DNA of 64,000 bases from an uncultured Gammaproteobacteria bacterium (GCA_964424775.1 CAYRJZ010000002.1:141806-205805), one strand, 5' to 3'; positions 49,072 through 59,136 are shown, counted from the first letter of the stretch. Notes: generated by a model not told the origin, from the letters alone. Made by a program: numbers and translations.

Positions 49072-50748
49072 GTGCCCCGTAGTAAAAGTACAAAAAAGCA
49101 TTTAAAATATATTTTTATCTCTGGAGGTGTTATTTCAGGAATTGGCAAAGGAATAACGTCTGCATCTATAGCTCTTCTTCTCAAATCAGCAGGTTATAAA
49201 ATTTCTCCACTTAAACTTGAAGGATATCTCAATATTGATGCAGGCACCATCAACCCCATTGAGCACGGAGATACATTTTTGTGTGAAGATGGGACTGAAG
49301 CTGATATGGATCTTGGAACATATGAAAAGTTCCTTGATCAGGATATGGGAAGAAAGAATTTTGGGACAATGGGACAAATCTACCAAAAGATAATTGAAAA
49401 AGAGCGACGGTTTGAATACAAAGGTGAAGATGTTGAAGCAGTTCATATCAGTGAAGAAATAATTGAAAGGATTAATCAGGCAGGGGAGGGAGCAGATATT
49501 GTCATGATCGAACTTGGAGGAACAGCTGGTGAGTACTGGAATGTTTTCTACTACGAAGCAGCACGTATGCTCACCCTTCAAAATCCAGGGGATGTTATCC
49601 ATATCCATGTCAGCTATGTTCCCACACCATCACATCTTGGTGAGCCAAAAACCAAACCCACACAACTCTCAGTAAGAACACTTAACTCAATGGCAATTCA
49701 ACCAGACTTTATCGTTGCACGTTCAGAGAAGTATCTTGATGCAAGACGTCGTGAACGTTTTGCGCTTTTTTGTAATATGAAACCTGAGGATATTATTTCC
49801 AATCCGGACGTCGGGTCTGTTTATGAAATACCACTTGTCCTCCATGAACAGGAATTAGATCGAAAAATATTGAAAAAGTTAGGGCTTCCTGTGAAGAAGC
49901 CTACTCTTAAAAAGTGGGAAAAATTTGTGAGACGAGTAAAAGCAGAGAAGAAAACTAAAGTAGAGATAGCAATTGTTGGAAAGTATTTCGGAACAGGAGA
50001 GTATCAGCTGAGGGATTCGTATGCTGCTCTTTTTGACGCAATTGATCATGCTGCATGGAATGAGAATGTTGAGGTGGTAACACGCTGGGTAAGCGCTGAA
50101 AAAGTAGAAAAGGATGGAGCTGAGAAGATCATTGGAAGGCCTAATGGCATTATTGTGCCGATTGGTTGGGGAGAACGGGGTGCGGAAGGAATGATCGCTG
50201 CAGCATCGTACGCTCGATCTGAGAAAATTCCTTATTTAGGACTGTGTTTTGGAATGCAATTAGCTGTTGTTGCGTTTGCCCGAGATGTTCTTGGATGGAA
50301 AAATGCCAATACTGCTGAAAACGACCAAGAAACTACACATCCGGTCATTCATATTATTCCCAAGCAAAAAGAGTTGATGGCTCGTCGTGCCTATGGAGGA
50401 ACAATGCGCCTAGGTGGGTGGGAAGCAAAAATGGATAAAGATTCTCTCGCCTTTGCAATTTATAAGAAGTACGGGGCATTAATGGACGAGAAAAAAGGTG
50501 TATCAAGTGAAAGGCATAGGCATCGTTTTGAGTTTAATAACAAATATGCTGAGCAATTTGAGAAAAAAGGACTTCATATTAGTGCACGGTCAGTTGCCGA
50601 AAATTTAGTCGAAATAATTGAACTTGATCCGAAAGATCATCCCTTTTATGTCGGAACACAGGGCCATCCTGAGTATAAAAGTAGGCCGCTTTCGCCTCAT
50701 CCATTATTTATCTCCTTCATCCAGGCAACAGAGAAACAAGCGAAATGA
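49072..50748 (+). CDS. pyrG: CTP synthase
   Basis: …YIFISGGVISGIGKGI… and a C-terminal GATase domain (…GLCFGMQLAVV…). The GTG at 49072 is preferred over the track ATG at 49018, which would add a hydrophobic 30-aa extension. Confidence 0.9.
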   Translation: MPRSKSTKKHLKYIFISGGVISGIGKGITSASIALLLKSAGYKISPLKLEGYLNIDAGTINPIEHGDTFLCEDGTEADMDLGTYEKFLDQDMGRKNFGTMGQIYQKIIEKERRFEYKGEDVEAVHISEEIIERINQAGEGADIVMIELGGTAGEYWNVFYYEAARMLTLQNPGDVIHIHVSYVPTPSHLGEPKTKPTQLSVRTLNSMAIQPDFIVARSEKYLDARRRERFALFCNMKPEDIISNPDVGSVYEIPLVLHEQELDRKILKKLGLPVKKPTLKKWEKFVRRVKAEKKTKVEIAIVGKYFGTGEYQLRDSYAALFDAIDHAAWNENVEVVTRWVSAEKVEKDGAEKIIGRPNGIIVPIGWGERGAEGMIAAASYARSEKIPYLGLCFGMQLAVVAFARDVLGWKNANTAENDQETTHPVIHIIPKQKELMARRAYGGTMRLGGWEAKMDKDSLAFAIYKKYGALMDEKKGVSSERHRHRFEFNNKYAEQFEKKGLHISARSVAENLVEIIELDPKDHPFYVGTQGHPEYKSRPLSPHPLFISFIQATEKQAK

Positions 50749-50756
50749 GCTGAGGC

Positions 50757-51077
50757 TTGAGTCATAGCGATTTTTCTTGTATAATTACACCTATGATTTC
50801 GCAAATTAATTTTGTACCAGGAGATATCGTTCGAGTCCACCAGAAAATTCAAGAAGGAGACAAGTTCCGAATCCAGGTTTTTCAAGGAACAGTTCTTCAA
50901 ATTCGTGGCCGTGGAGAAAACAAAAGTTTCACCGTAAAAAAGGATGTACAAGGTGTATCGGTTGAAAAAATCTGGCAAGTTAATTCTCCTAATATTGAAA
51001 AAGTAGAAGTTAAGGAAAACTCAAAGAAAAAAGTTAGACGAGCAAAGCTCAATTATCTCAAAACTCCTAAGAAATAA
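50757..51077 (+). CDS. rplS: 50S ribosomal protein L19 (alternative start at 50793)
   Basis: …PGDIVRVHQKIQEGDKFRIQVFQGTVLQIRGRGENKSFTVKK…. Confidence 0.9.
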   Translation: MSHSDFSCIITPMISQINFVPGDIVRVHQKIQEGDKFRIQVFQGTVLQIRGRGENKSFTVKKDVQGVSVEKIWQVNSPNIEKVEVKENSKKKVRRAKLNYLKTPKK

Positions 51078-51386
51078 TTATCCTTCAGAATTTCTATAAG
51101 TAATTTTTTGGAATTGCTCACAAAGTTTAAGATCATCATCTTCTTCATACATTCCCATTATTCCACTTACAAAAAGGCCAACTTCTTCTTGGTCTATTTC
51201 ACAGAGTCCTTCTCGAAGAAGTTCAGCACTATTTGCATCACCTGTAATTGCGATGATTTCATTCATTTGCTCTTCTGCAACCTTATAGAGAACACATGTT
51301 GAGGAACAGTTTTTACGAAAATCTACAGCACAGGGTACACCTTGTTCTTTCATAAAAGGGATTGTACCATTGAAATAAATGTACAA
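51078..51386 (-). CDS. Hypothetical Cys-containing small acidic protein
   Basis: About 100 aa with Cys at …PCAVDFRKNCSSTCVL…, …GLCEI… and …LCEQF…. No assignable family. It is divergent from yraN. Confidence 0.3.
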   Translation of the reverse strand: MYIYFNGTIPFMKEQGVPCAVDFRKNCSSTCVLYKVAEEQMNEIIAITGDANSAELLREGLCEIDQEEVGLFVSGIMGMYEEDDDLKLCEQFQKITYRNSEG

Positions 51387-51747
51387 TCAAATATCAGGAA
51401 AGCGGGGAGAAGATATCGCTGTTAAGTATTTAAAGAAAAATAATTATCTTGTTATTGAGCGGAATTTTCGGACAAGGAATGGTGAGATTGATCTTATTGC
51501 GATTGATAGGAATACAAAAGACAAGATATTAGTGTGTGTTGAAGTGAAATTACGCAAAGGGGATCATTACGGAAGTGCACGCGAGGCAATAACATACTTT
51601 AAATTAAGAGCTTTGGAGCGAACACTTTTGTATTATCAATCTCTCCATCCTGATTTACCCTCAGCTCTTCGAATAGATCTCATTGCTATTCAAGAAGAAG
51701 TTGATGGTAAAATAGGAATAGAACTTGTCAAAAACATCAGTGAGTGA
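51379..51747 (+). CDS. yraN: YraN-family (UPF0102) endonuclease-like protein
   Basis: …GKRGEDIAVKYLKKNNYLVIERNFRTRNGEIDLIA…LVCVEVKLR… is typical of UPF0102. Confidence 0.75.
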   Translation: MYNQISGKRGEDIAVKYLKKNNYLVIERNFRTRNGEIDLIAIDRNTKDKILVCVEVKLRKGDHYGSAREAITYFKLRALERTLLYYQSLHPDLPSALRIDLIAIQEEVDGKIGIELVKNISE

Positions 51748-51760
51748 TAAGCTACACCAC

Positions 51761-53164
51761 ATGCAAATAAAAAAAGTAAAAATTGTTGCTACCATCGGAC
51801 CAGCAAGTGAGTCTTATGAAATACTAGAAAAGCTTGCCGAAGCCGGTGTAAATATCTTCAGAATTAATTTGTCTCACGCTCAACGAGAGCAGACATTATC
51901 TATTGTTAAGCGAATACGGGAAATTGAAAAAAAGATTAACAAACCACTTTCAATTATGGGTGATCTTGCAGGACCTAAAATTCGTATTGGAAAAGTTGAG
52001 GCAGGAACAGAACTCAAAAATGGTGAATTACTTGAGATTGTATCTAAAACAGTTGTAGGAAACGCAAAACAAGTAAGTGTTAACTACCCGACAATGATCA
52101 AGCAATTAAAGAAAGGTGCAGAAATATTTGTCGATGATGGACGTATCCGGTTGGTTGTGGAAAAAGAAGGAGTGGATAAAGCAGTTGCAAAAGTTATTGT
52201 TGGTGGTCCTCTTATCTCGTTTAAAGGATTTTATGCTCAAGGAATTACTCTCAATATCAAAATCCCATCAAAGAAAGATATCGATGACATCAATCTTATG
52301 GTCGAGGCAGGCGCAGATGCATTAGCAATTTCGTTTGTTCAATCAGAAAAAGACGTTGAGGCTGTGAGAAAAATGCTTCCTGAAAAGGTAAACCACATGA
52401 TGCTTATTGCAAAGATTGAAACAGTGAAGGCAATTGAGAATATTGAAAAAATTGTCAGTGAAGCTGATGGAATCATGGTCGCTCGTGGAGATTTGGGACT
52501 TGCAGTACCCATGGCTGAAGTTCCTCATCTTCAGAAAAGAATGATTCAATTATGTTTGACGAAATCAAAGCCAGTTATTACTGCAACACAAATGCTTGAA
52601 TCGATGACTACCAACCCTCTTCCTACACGTGCAGAAGTAACTGACGTTGCTAACGCAATTCTTGATGGAACTGATGCTGTGATGTTGTCCGGAGAAACTG
52701 CAATGGGGAAGTTCCCGGTGGAGACAGTCCAGATGATGTCAGATATTATTAAACAAGCTGTTCCGCGTGTTGAAAGACGAGAGATTGATTATGATCATAC
52801 AGTTCGAAATGCAGTGAGCGCAAGTATTGGACGAGTAGCAGATCAGGTTGATGCTCGTCTTGTCATTGCATTTACCCAGTATGGAAAAGCTGCGCATCGA
52901 ATTGCACGACATCGCTATCCTCAAGTAATTTTTGCACTTTCTCCCAAACCAGCGACCATTAGAAGGCTCAATTTTTCATATGGTGTATTTCCATTTCTTA
53001 TTAAGCCAACGAAAGACTTTATGGAGATGCGGGAACAAGCAAAGGAAATTGCACGAAAGAATCCTATACTAAAAATGGAAAAAGAAGAGCCATTTGTTAT
53101 TGCAGCCGGTATGCCTTTTGGTCAGACAGGAACGACCAATATGATCCTCGTGGAACATGCATAA
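51761..53164 (+). CDS. pyk: Pyruvate kinase
   Basis: …KIVATIGPASESYEILEKLAEAGVNIFRINLSH…. The start was moved to the Met at 51761, which avoids overlap with yraN. Confidence 0.95.
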   Translation: MQIKKVKIVATIGPASESYEILEKLAEAGVNIFRINLSHAQREQTLSIVKRIREIEKKINKPLSIMGDLAGPKIRIGKVEAGTELKNGELLEIVSKTVVGNAKQVSVNYPTMIKQLKKGAEIFVDDGRIRLVVEKEGVDKAVAKVIVGGPLISFKGFYAQGITLNIKIPSKKDIDDINLMVEAGADALAISFVQSEKDVEAVRKMLPEKVNHMMLIAKIETVKAIENIEKIVSEADGIMVARGDLGLAVPMAEVPHLQKRMIQLCLTKSKPVITATQMLESMTTNPLPTRAEVTDVANAILDGTDAVMLSGETAMGKFPVETVQMMSDIIKQAVPRVERREIDYDHTVRNAVSASIGRVADQVDARLVIAFTQYGKAAHRIARHRYPQVIFALSPKPATIRRLNFSYGVFPFLIKPTKDFMEMREQAKEIARKNPILKMEKEEPFVIAAGMPFGQTGTTNMILVEHA

Positions 53165-55177
53165 CTATTTCCCTTGAAGTTTTCTTATTTGATCACGAAG
53201 TAACGTGGCTGATTCAAAATCAAGTCTCTCAGCAGATTCCTTCATTTGACGTCGTAAATTTTTGATAAGGTCTTCTTTCTCATCCGGTAGTAGTACTTCT
53301 TTTTTCCCCATTTGAAGCATGAATTCAACAGATTTTTTTCGTTCCTTCTCTTTACTTTCAGCATCTTCATCGTGGTCAATAAGCCTTGCCCTAATTTCCT
53401 TTTCAACGCTTTTTGGTGTGATATTATGATCTTTATTGTATTTCATTTGAATTTTTCGTCGTCTCTCAACTTCGTCAATAGCTGCTTGCATTGATTTGGT
53501 CATATTGTCTGCATACATAATGACCTGTGAATCGATATTTCGTGCGGCACGACCCATTGTTTGAATAAGGGAAGATCTGCTTCGTAAAAATCCCTCTTTG
53601 TCTGCATCAAGTATGGCAACAAGAGTTACTTCAGGAAGATCAAGACCTTCTCTGAGAAGATTGATTCCCACGAGTACATCTACATCTCCTCGCCTAAGCG
53701 AATCAAGGACGTCTTGTCTCTCAAGTGTCTCAATATCGGAGTGAAGATAGGTAACTTTTATATCTTGCTCTTCAAGGTAGGATGATAACTCTTCAGCCAT
53801 TCTCTTTGTAAGAGTTGTAACGAGTACCCGCTGTTTTTTCTCAATTCTTTTATTAATTTCTGCGAGGAGATCCTTAATTTGTCCTTCTGTTTTTTTGACG
53901 ATGACCTCCGGATCAACAATACCTGTTGGTCGAATAAGCTGTTCAACAATTCCATCTTCCTCAGTAGCAAGCGAGACCTCATAGTCATCAGGTGTTGCAG
54001 AGACATAAATAAGCTGATCTGTCTGTCTCATAAATTCATCAAACTTTAATGGTCTATTATCAAGCGCTGATGGAAGTCTAAATCCATAATCAATAAGTGT
54101 TCCTTTTCGTGATCTATCTCCGTTGTACATTCCCCGAATTTGGGGAATAGTAATATGTGATTCGTCAATAACTAGGAGCCAGTCTTTACTTGCATGATTG
54201 AAGTAATCGATGAGAGTGTATGGAGGGTCACCTGGCTTTCGTCCGTCAAAATAAATAGAGTAGTTTTCAATTCCGTTCACATATCCTACTTCCCGTATCA
54301 TTTCAAGATCATAGGTTGTTCGCTGTTTAATGCGTTGAGCTTCGAGTAATTTATTTTGTGACTTTAAGAAGGTAACGTGTTCTTCAAGGTCTGCCTGAAT
54401 GTGTTTTAAGGCTGAATCATAAGTCTTTGGGTCAGTCATGTAATGTTTGGCAGGGTAGATCAGTACTTTTTTCATGATCTGAAGCGTTTCACCAGTAAGC
54501 GGGTCAAATTCACGGATGTCTGTAACAGCATCAGGACCTAGTTCCATACGAATTCCGGTATCCATATAGGCTGGGAGGAGTTCAATTGTTCCCCCTCTTA
54601 CTCGAAATGTTCCTCGTCTGAATTCATAATCATTACGGTCATATTGAAGATCAGCAAGACGAACAAGAATATCTCTTTGAGTAATTTTCATCCCGGGCAT
54701 AAGTTCAAGAACAAATTTTCCATATTCAACAGGGGAGCCTAAGTTATAAATACATGACACTGATGCGACAACGATGACATCCTGTCGAGTAAGGAGATTT
54801 GCTGTTGCAGAGAGTCGTAATTTATCAATTTCTTCATTTATTTCAGCTTCTTTTTCGATATAGGTATCAGTAGTGGGAACATATGCCTCAGGCTGATAAT
54901 AGTCATAATAGGAGACAAAGTAGGAGACAGCATTATTTGGAAAGAAGTCTCGAAATTCCTGATAGAGCTGGCCTGCGAGAGTTTTGTTGTGTGAAATAAC
55001 AAGAGTTGGACGATTTACTTTCTGTATAACATTTGCCATCGTAAACGTTTTTCCACTACCAGTAACACCAAGAAGAACTTGGTGATTTTTTCCTTTGATT
55101 AGGCCATCTGTTAGCTTCTCTATAGCAACTGGTTGATCTCCGGTTGGCTTGAAATTTGAGACTAATTCAAAACTCAT
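53165..55177 (-). CDS. uvrB: Excinuclease ABC subunit B
   Basis: MSFELVSNFKPTGDQPVAIEKL…GVTGSGKTFTMANVI…, with helicase motifs and a C-terminal UvrC-interaction helix. Confidence 0.95.
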   Translation of the reverse strand: MSFELVSNFKPTGDQPVAIEKLTDGLIKGKNHQVLLGVTGSGKTFTMANVIQKVNRPTLVISHNKTLAGQLYQEFRDFFPNNAVSYFVSYYDYYQPEAYVPTTDTYIEKEAEINEEIDKLRLSATANLLTRQDVIVVASVSCIYNLGSPVEYGKFVLELMPGMKITQRDILVRLADLQYDRNDYEFRRGTFRVRGGTIELLPAYMDTGIRMELGPDAVTDIREFDPLTGETLQIMKKVLIYPAKHYMTDPKTYDSALKHIQADLEEHVTFLKSQNKLLEAQRIKQRTTYDLEMIREVGYVNGIENYSIYFDGRKPGDPPYTLIDYFNHASKDWLLVIDESHITIPQIRGMYNGDRSRKGTLIDYGFRLPSALDNRPLKFDEFMRQTDQLIYVSATPDDYEVSLATEEDGIVEQLIRPTGIVDPEVIVKKTEGQIKDLLAEINKRIEKKQRVLVTTLTKRMAEELSSYLEEQDIKVTYLHSDIETLERQDVLDSLRRGDVDVLVGINLLREGLDLPEVTLVAILDADKEGFLRSRSSLIQTMGRAARNIDSQVIMYADNMTKSMQAAIDEVERRRKIQMKYNKDHNITPKSVEKEIRARLIDHDEDAESKEKERKKSVEFMLQMGKKEVLLPDEKEDLIKNLRRQMKESAERLDFESATLLRDQIRKLQGK

Positions 55178-55249
55178 GGAAGCATTGTAACATAAGATGT
55201 AAGAAAAAAAATTTCAATAGTTTGTCCTAGTCTGTGCTAGATCGTCTTA

Positions 55250-55315
55250 TTGACAAAAATACGCGAACAATCGTATATTTTATGCATACAGTTATTATCT
55301 TTTATAGATAAAACT
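55250..55315 (+). promoter_or_regulatory. lexA promoter (TTGACA-N18-TATATT) with candidate operators in the uvrB/lexA divergent region
   Basis: The dyad ATACG-N8-CGTAT (55259-55276) sits inside the spacer. The near-palindrome CAGTT-A-TTATCT-TTTAT-AGATAA-AACTG (55289-55315) sits 10-35 nt upstream of the lexA ATG. Confidence 0.35.
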
Positions 55316-55325
55316 GCTCAACTGT

Positions 55326-55961
55326 ATGGCAGGCGTACTCTACCGAAAAGAGCGAGAGGTACTTACCTTTATCGCACAATTCCAATCCCAAAAGGGTTAT
55401 TCTCCTACTCTTAAAGAAATTGCTGTTGCGACAGGTCATAGCGCAGTTTCCACTGTTCATGCAATTATTCGTAACCTTGTAGATAAAGGGTATATTCAGA
55501 AAGATGAAGGAAATGCTCGAGTTCTTAAAATAGTTGACCAAAGTATTATTCCGATGATGACCGGGACGACTCCATCAGTTGAACTTCCGCTCATGGGCTT
55601 TATTGCTGCTGGTCAGCCACTTGAGGCGCATACTGATCCGAATGCTACATTTCAGGTATCTGCATCTATGCTGTCCGGACTTAAAACATCTTATGTTCTT
55701 CAGGTAAAAGGGGAGTCTATGATAGAGGATGGGATACTTGATGGCGATTATGTTGTGATAGAAAAAGTAAATCAGGCGAGTAATGGTGAAATAGTTGTCG
55801 CTCTCGTTGATGATAATTTGGCAACACTGAAAAGATTTTATAAAGAGAACGGGCGAGTTGTCCTCAAACCAGCTAATGCGAAAATGGAACCAATTTATCC
55901 CACAACTCTTCGTATACAAGGTAGGGTGGTCGGACTAGTAAGGCAGTATACTCATCTCTAA
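55326..55961 (+). CDS. lexA: LexA repressor
   Basis: N-terminal winged HTH, then an S24 peptidase domain (…VKGESMIEDGILDGDYVVIE…, catalytic Ser/Lys). Confidence 0.85.
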   Translation: MAGVLYRKEREVLTFIAQFQSQKGYSPTLKEIAVATGHSAVSTVHAIIRNLVDKGYIQKDEGNARVLKIVDQSIIPMMTGTTPSVELPLMGFIAAGQPLEAHTDPNATFQVSASMLSGLKTSYVLQVKGESMIEDGILDGDYVVIEKVNQASNGEIVVALVDDNLATLKRFYKENGRVVLKPANAKMEPIYPTTLRIQGRVVGLVRQYTHL

Positions 55962-55978
55962 TTTGCTACAATACGCGC

Positions 55979-56692
55979 ATGGGAACGCTTTATCTCATTC
56001 CAACACCACTTGGAAATATTGATGATATTACAATTCGTGCAATAAAGACTCTCTTTTCTGTCGATGGCATCGCCTGCGAGGATACACGTAAAACGGGTTT
56101 TCTTATGCGTGAACTTCGAAAGAGATATCCTGATCTCTGTCCTCCTGAAAAATACCAAAGACTCATCTCATTTTATGAAGAAAATGAATTTAGACGAGCT
56201 CCAGAATTACTCAATGCACTCAAGAATGATCTGACTGTTGCCCTTGTTTCTGACGCTGGAACGCCTACCGTCTCAGACCCTGGGTTTAAGTTCGTGAGAG
56301 AGTGTATACAAGAAGGTGTAAATGTGGTTGCGTTACCCGGTGCAACATCCGTTACTTTAGCACTTACATCCTCTGGACTGCCAACTGATAAATTTCTCTT
56401 CCTTGGTTACCCGCCGCGAAAGGAAGGGAACAGGATGAAATTTTTTGAAAATGCCAAAAAGTCACAAGAAGATATGAGTTCGACCATGATCTTTTTTGAA
56501 GCCCCTCATCGGCTTGTGAGAACACTTGAGGAGTTTTTGAAGGTTTTTGGAGATACTCATATTGTTCTCGCCCGTGAGCTGACAAAAATTCATGAAGAGG
56601 TAAGACGAGAAAAAATTTCAGATGCAATGACTCATTTTAAAAAAGTCGAACCAAAGGGCGAGTTTGTCCTCCTTATCAATACTGCTGTATAA
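55979..56692 (+). CDS. rsmI: 16S rRNA (cytidine1402-2'-O)-methyltransferase
   Basis: MGTLYLIPTPLGNIDDITIRAIKTL…CEDTRKT… is the tetrapyrrole-methylase-fold RsmI N-terminus. Confidence 0.8.
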   Translation: MGTLYLIPTPLGNIDDITIRAIKTLFSVDGIACEDTRKTGFLMRELRKRYPDLCPPEKYQRLISFYEENEFRRAPELLNALKNDLTVALVSDAGTPTVSDPGFKFVRECIQEGVNVVALPGATSVTLALTSSGLPTDKFLFLGYPPRKEGNRMKFFENAKKSQEDMSSTMIFFEAPHRLVRTLEEFLKVFGDTHIVLARELTKIHEEVRREKISDAMTHFKKVEPKGEFVLLINTAV

Positions 56693-56966
56693 TCTTCGAA
56701 TGGATGAGTTAAAGATTCTTAAAAGAGATATTGAAGAAATTAAAAAAAGAAATAAAAAAGTAGAACTTGAGAAAGCATGGGAAACGAGTTTTACTAGAAA
56801 GTGTACGATCATTTTCCTTACTTACCTCATAATGGTTATGGTATTTACTATTATTAAAGTTGAGAAGCCTTTTATCAATGCAATTATTCCCACACTTGGC
56901 TATTTTCTTTCAACAGTATCAATAGGAGTAATTGAAAGAAAATGGAAGGAGAAAGCTGCAAAATGA
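56664..56966 (+). CDS. Hypothetical small membrane protein (coiled-coil plus two transmembrane segments)
   Basis: The likely true start is the internal MDELKILKRD…. Two hydrophobic helices. Confidence 0.3.
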   Translation: MSSLSILLYNLRMDELKILKRDIEEIKKRNKKVELEKAWETSFTRKCTIIFLTYLIMVMVFTIIKVEKPFINAIIPTLGYFLSTVSIGVIERKWKEKAAK

Positions 56967-57493
56967 AAATAGTTCTCGGATCAAAAACAGAACGAAAGAT
57001 AAAAGTTGTTGAAAAAGTACTGCAGGTATTTTTTAGGGAATATCAGTTACTATCTTACAAAGCTTTGTCAGGTGTCTCAGAAACTCCTTGGGATAAAGAA
57101 ACATATGATGGCTCCATTAACAGAGCTGAAGATAGTAAAAAGAATGTATCAGGAGTTGATTTCTCTATTGGACTTGAAAGTGGACTTGTAGAAAGGTACG
57201 GGATGATTTTTGAAGAAGCATGGTGTTGCATTATATTAAAAGATGGTAAAAAATATTTCGGTTATTCAAGTGGTCTAAAGTTACCTGACTATGTCACTAC
57301 TCGCATGAAAAAAGAGAATTTAGCTCACTGGCAATTAATGCAGCTTATGGAAGATGAATTTCATCTAGATGATAGTGATACCTGGGGAAATTATTCCGGC
57401 AATCTTATTTCAAGAGATGTTAGTTTGGAAGAAGCACTTCGTAACGCTCTTATTCAGATAAAGGAGCACGATAAAAGTTTTTATCACCGTTAA
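56963..57493 (+). CDS. Non-canonical purine NTP phosphatase (YjjX/DUF84-like)
   Basis: The pattern …V.SGVSETPW…ETY.GSINRAEDS…DFSIGLESGLV…EEAWCCIIL… fits the inosine/xanthosine triphosphatase family. The start was set at MKIVLGS. Confidence 0.5.
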   Translation: MKIVLGSKTERKIKVVEKVLQVFFREYQLLSYKALSGVSETPWDKETYDGSINRAEDSKKNVSGVDFSIGLESGLVERYGMIFEEAWCCIILKDGKKYFGYSSGLKLPDYVTTRMKKENLAHWQLMQLMEDEFHLDDSDTWGNYSGNLISRDVSLEEALRNALIQIKEHDKSFYHR

Positions 57494-59130
57494 TACTCCT
57501 CAAGTGTAGAAGTGTCTCCGATATCCTGTCCGAGTTCTTTGGCTTTCAGAATTCGTCGCATGATTTTTCCTGAGCGTGTCTTTGGCAGTTTGTCAATGAA
57601 CTCAATCTCTCGAGGGTATGCATGACCTGCTAAGTGATGTTTGACGTGTTCCTGCAGCTTTGTCTTGAGTTCTTCACTTGGTTCAACTCCTTCTTTTAAA
57701 ACGACAAAGGCTTTAATTATCTCACCACGGACTTCGTCGGGTTTGCCAATGACTCCAGCTTCAACGACACCTTCATACTCAACGAGTGCACTTTCTACTT
57801 CAAAAGGTCCCACGCGTTCACCAGCTGTCTTGATGACATCATCAGCTCGTCCGATGAACCAGAAATATCCATCTTCATCTTTTTTCGCACGATCTCCTGA
57901 GATATACCAATCATTAAGAAAATAGGAGTTGTATTTTTCCTGGTTTTGCCAGACTGTGCGCATGATGGATGGCCATGATGGTTTGAGTGCGAGATTGCCC
58001 TCTTCTCCAATAGCAACTGGCTTCCCTTCATCATCTACAATTTCAGCATTTATCCAAGGCACAGGCTTACCCATAGAACCTAATTTCAGTGGGAGATCTG
58101 GAGTATTGGCAATCATAATTGAGCCTGTTTCTGTCTGCCACCATGTATCATGAAAATACTTCCCTTCAAATACTTTTTGACTCCATTCAATAGCTTCTGG
58201 GTTAAGAGGTTCACCAACAGATGCGAGATAACGGAGAGAAGACATGTCGTGTTTTTTGACGAGTTCATCTCCTTTACTCATCATCATTCTGATAGCGGTA
58301 GGAGCTGTGTACCAGAGGGTAATTTTATATTTTTCAATAAACGAGTACCATTTATCAGTATCAAATCTCCCTGTGTGAACGAAAGAGGTTACACCAAGCG
58401 AAAGGGGAGTAATAATTCCATATACTATTCCAGTCACCCATCCAGGGTCTGCAGTACACCAATAGATATCACTTTCTTTAAGATCCAGGACATATGTTGC
58501 AGTTTCTAACTGTTGGAGAAGCGCATAGTGAGCATGTACTATCCCTTTAGGCTTACCAGTTGTTCCTGACGTGTAGAGCATAAAAGAATAGTCCTCTGGC
58601 CGTGTATGAACAGTCGAAAACTCCTTTGATGATAAAGCAAACTCCTTTTGATATGCTTCCTCATCAACGATAAAGATATGCTCAAGATTTGGTAGTTGAT
58701 CTGTAACTGGAGTAATTCTTTCTGCAAGCTCTTTAGTTGTGAAGACGATTTTTGCTCCAGAGTTGAGAAGTCTATCTTTAAGTGCATCAGTGCCAAAAGC
58801 CGAGAACATAGTTCCGGCAATAGCACCTGTCTTGAGAACTCCCAAGAAATTGATGTAGAGCTCAGGTATTCGAGGGAGGAAGAGAAATACCCGATCACCT
58901 TTATTGACGACATACTTTTTCAGGAGATTGGCAGTTTGGTTACTCTTTTCGTAAAGTTCATGATAAGTAATGCGAGTAACGGTCCCTTCATCTGACTCAA
59001 AGATGTATGCAGTTTTATCACCATTCCCATCTTCTATATGGCGATCAATGATTGTTGAAGCCATATTGAGGTTGCCATCACTGAACCAAACAATATTTTG
59101 CTTTTTCTCTTCCCAGTTGTATGTATTCAT
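57490..59130 (-). CDS. acs: AMP-forming acetyl/acyl-CoA synthetase
   Basis: AMP-binding motif YTSGTTGKPKG, the Acs-like TWWQTETG, and a C-terminal …PKTRSGKIMRR…. Confidence 0.85.
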   Translation of the reverse strand: MNTYNWEEKKQNIVWFSDGNLNMASTIIDRHIEDGNGDKTAYIFESDEGTVTRITYHELYEKSNQTANLLKKYVVNKGDRVFLFLPRIPELYINFLGVLKTGAIAGTMFSAFGTDALKDRLLNSGAKIVFTTKELAERITPVTDQLPNLEHIFIVDEEAYQKEFALSSKEFSTVHTRPEDYSFMLYTSGTTGKPKGIVHAHYALLQQLETATYVLDLKESDIYWCTADPGWVTGIVYGIITPLSLGVTSFVHTGRFDTDKWYSFIEKYKITLWYTAPTAIRMMMSKGDELVKKHDMSSLRYLASVGEPLNPEAIEWSQKVFEGKYFHDTWWQTETGSIMIANTPDLPLKLGSMGKPVPWINAEIVDDEGKPVAIGEEGNLALKPSWPSIMRTVWQNQEKYNSYFLNDWYISGDRAKKDEDGYFWFIGRADDVIKTAGERVGPFEVESALVEYEGVVEAGVIGKPDEVRGEIIKAFVVLKEGVEPSEELKTKLQEHVKHHLAGHAYPREIEFIDKLPKTRSGKIMRRILKAKELGQDIGDTSTLEEY

Positions 59131-59136
59131 CTCTTT

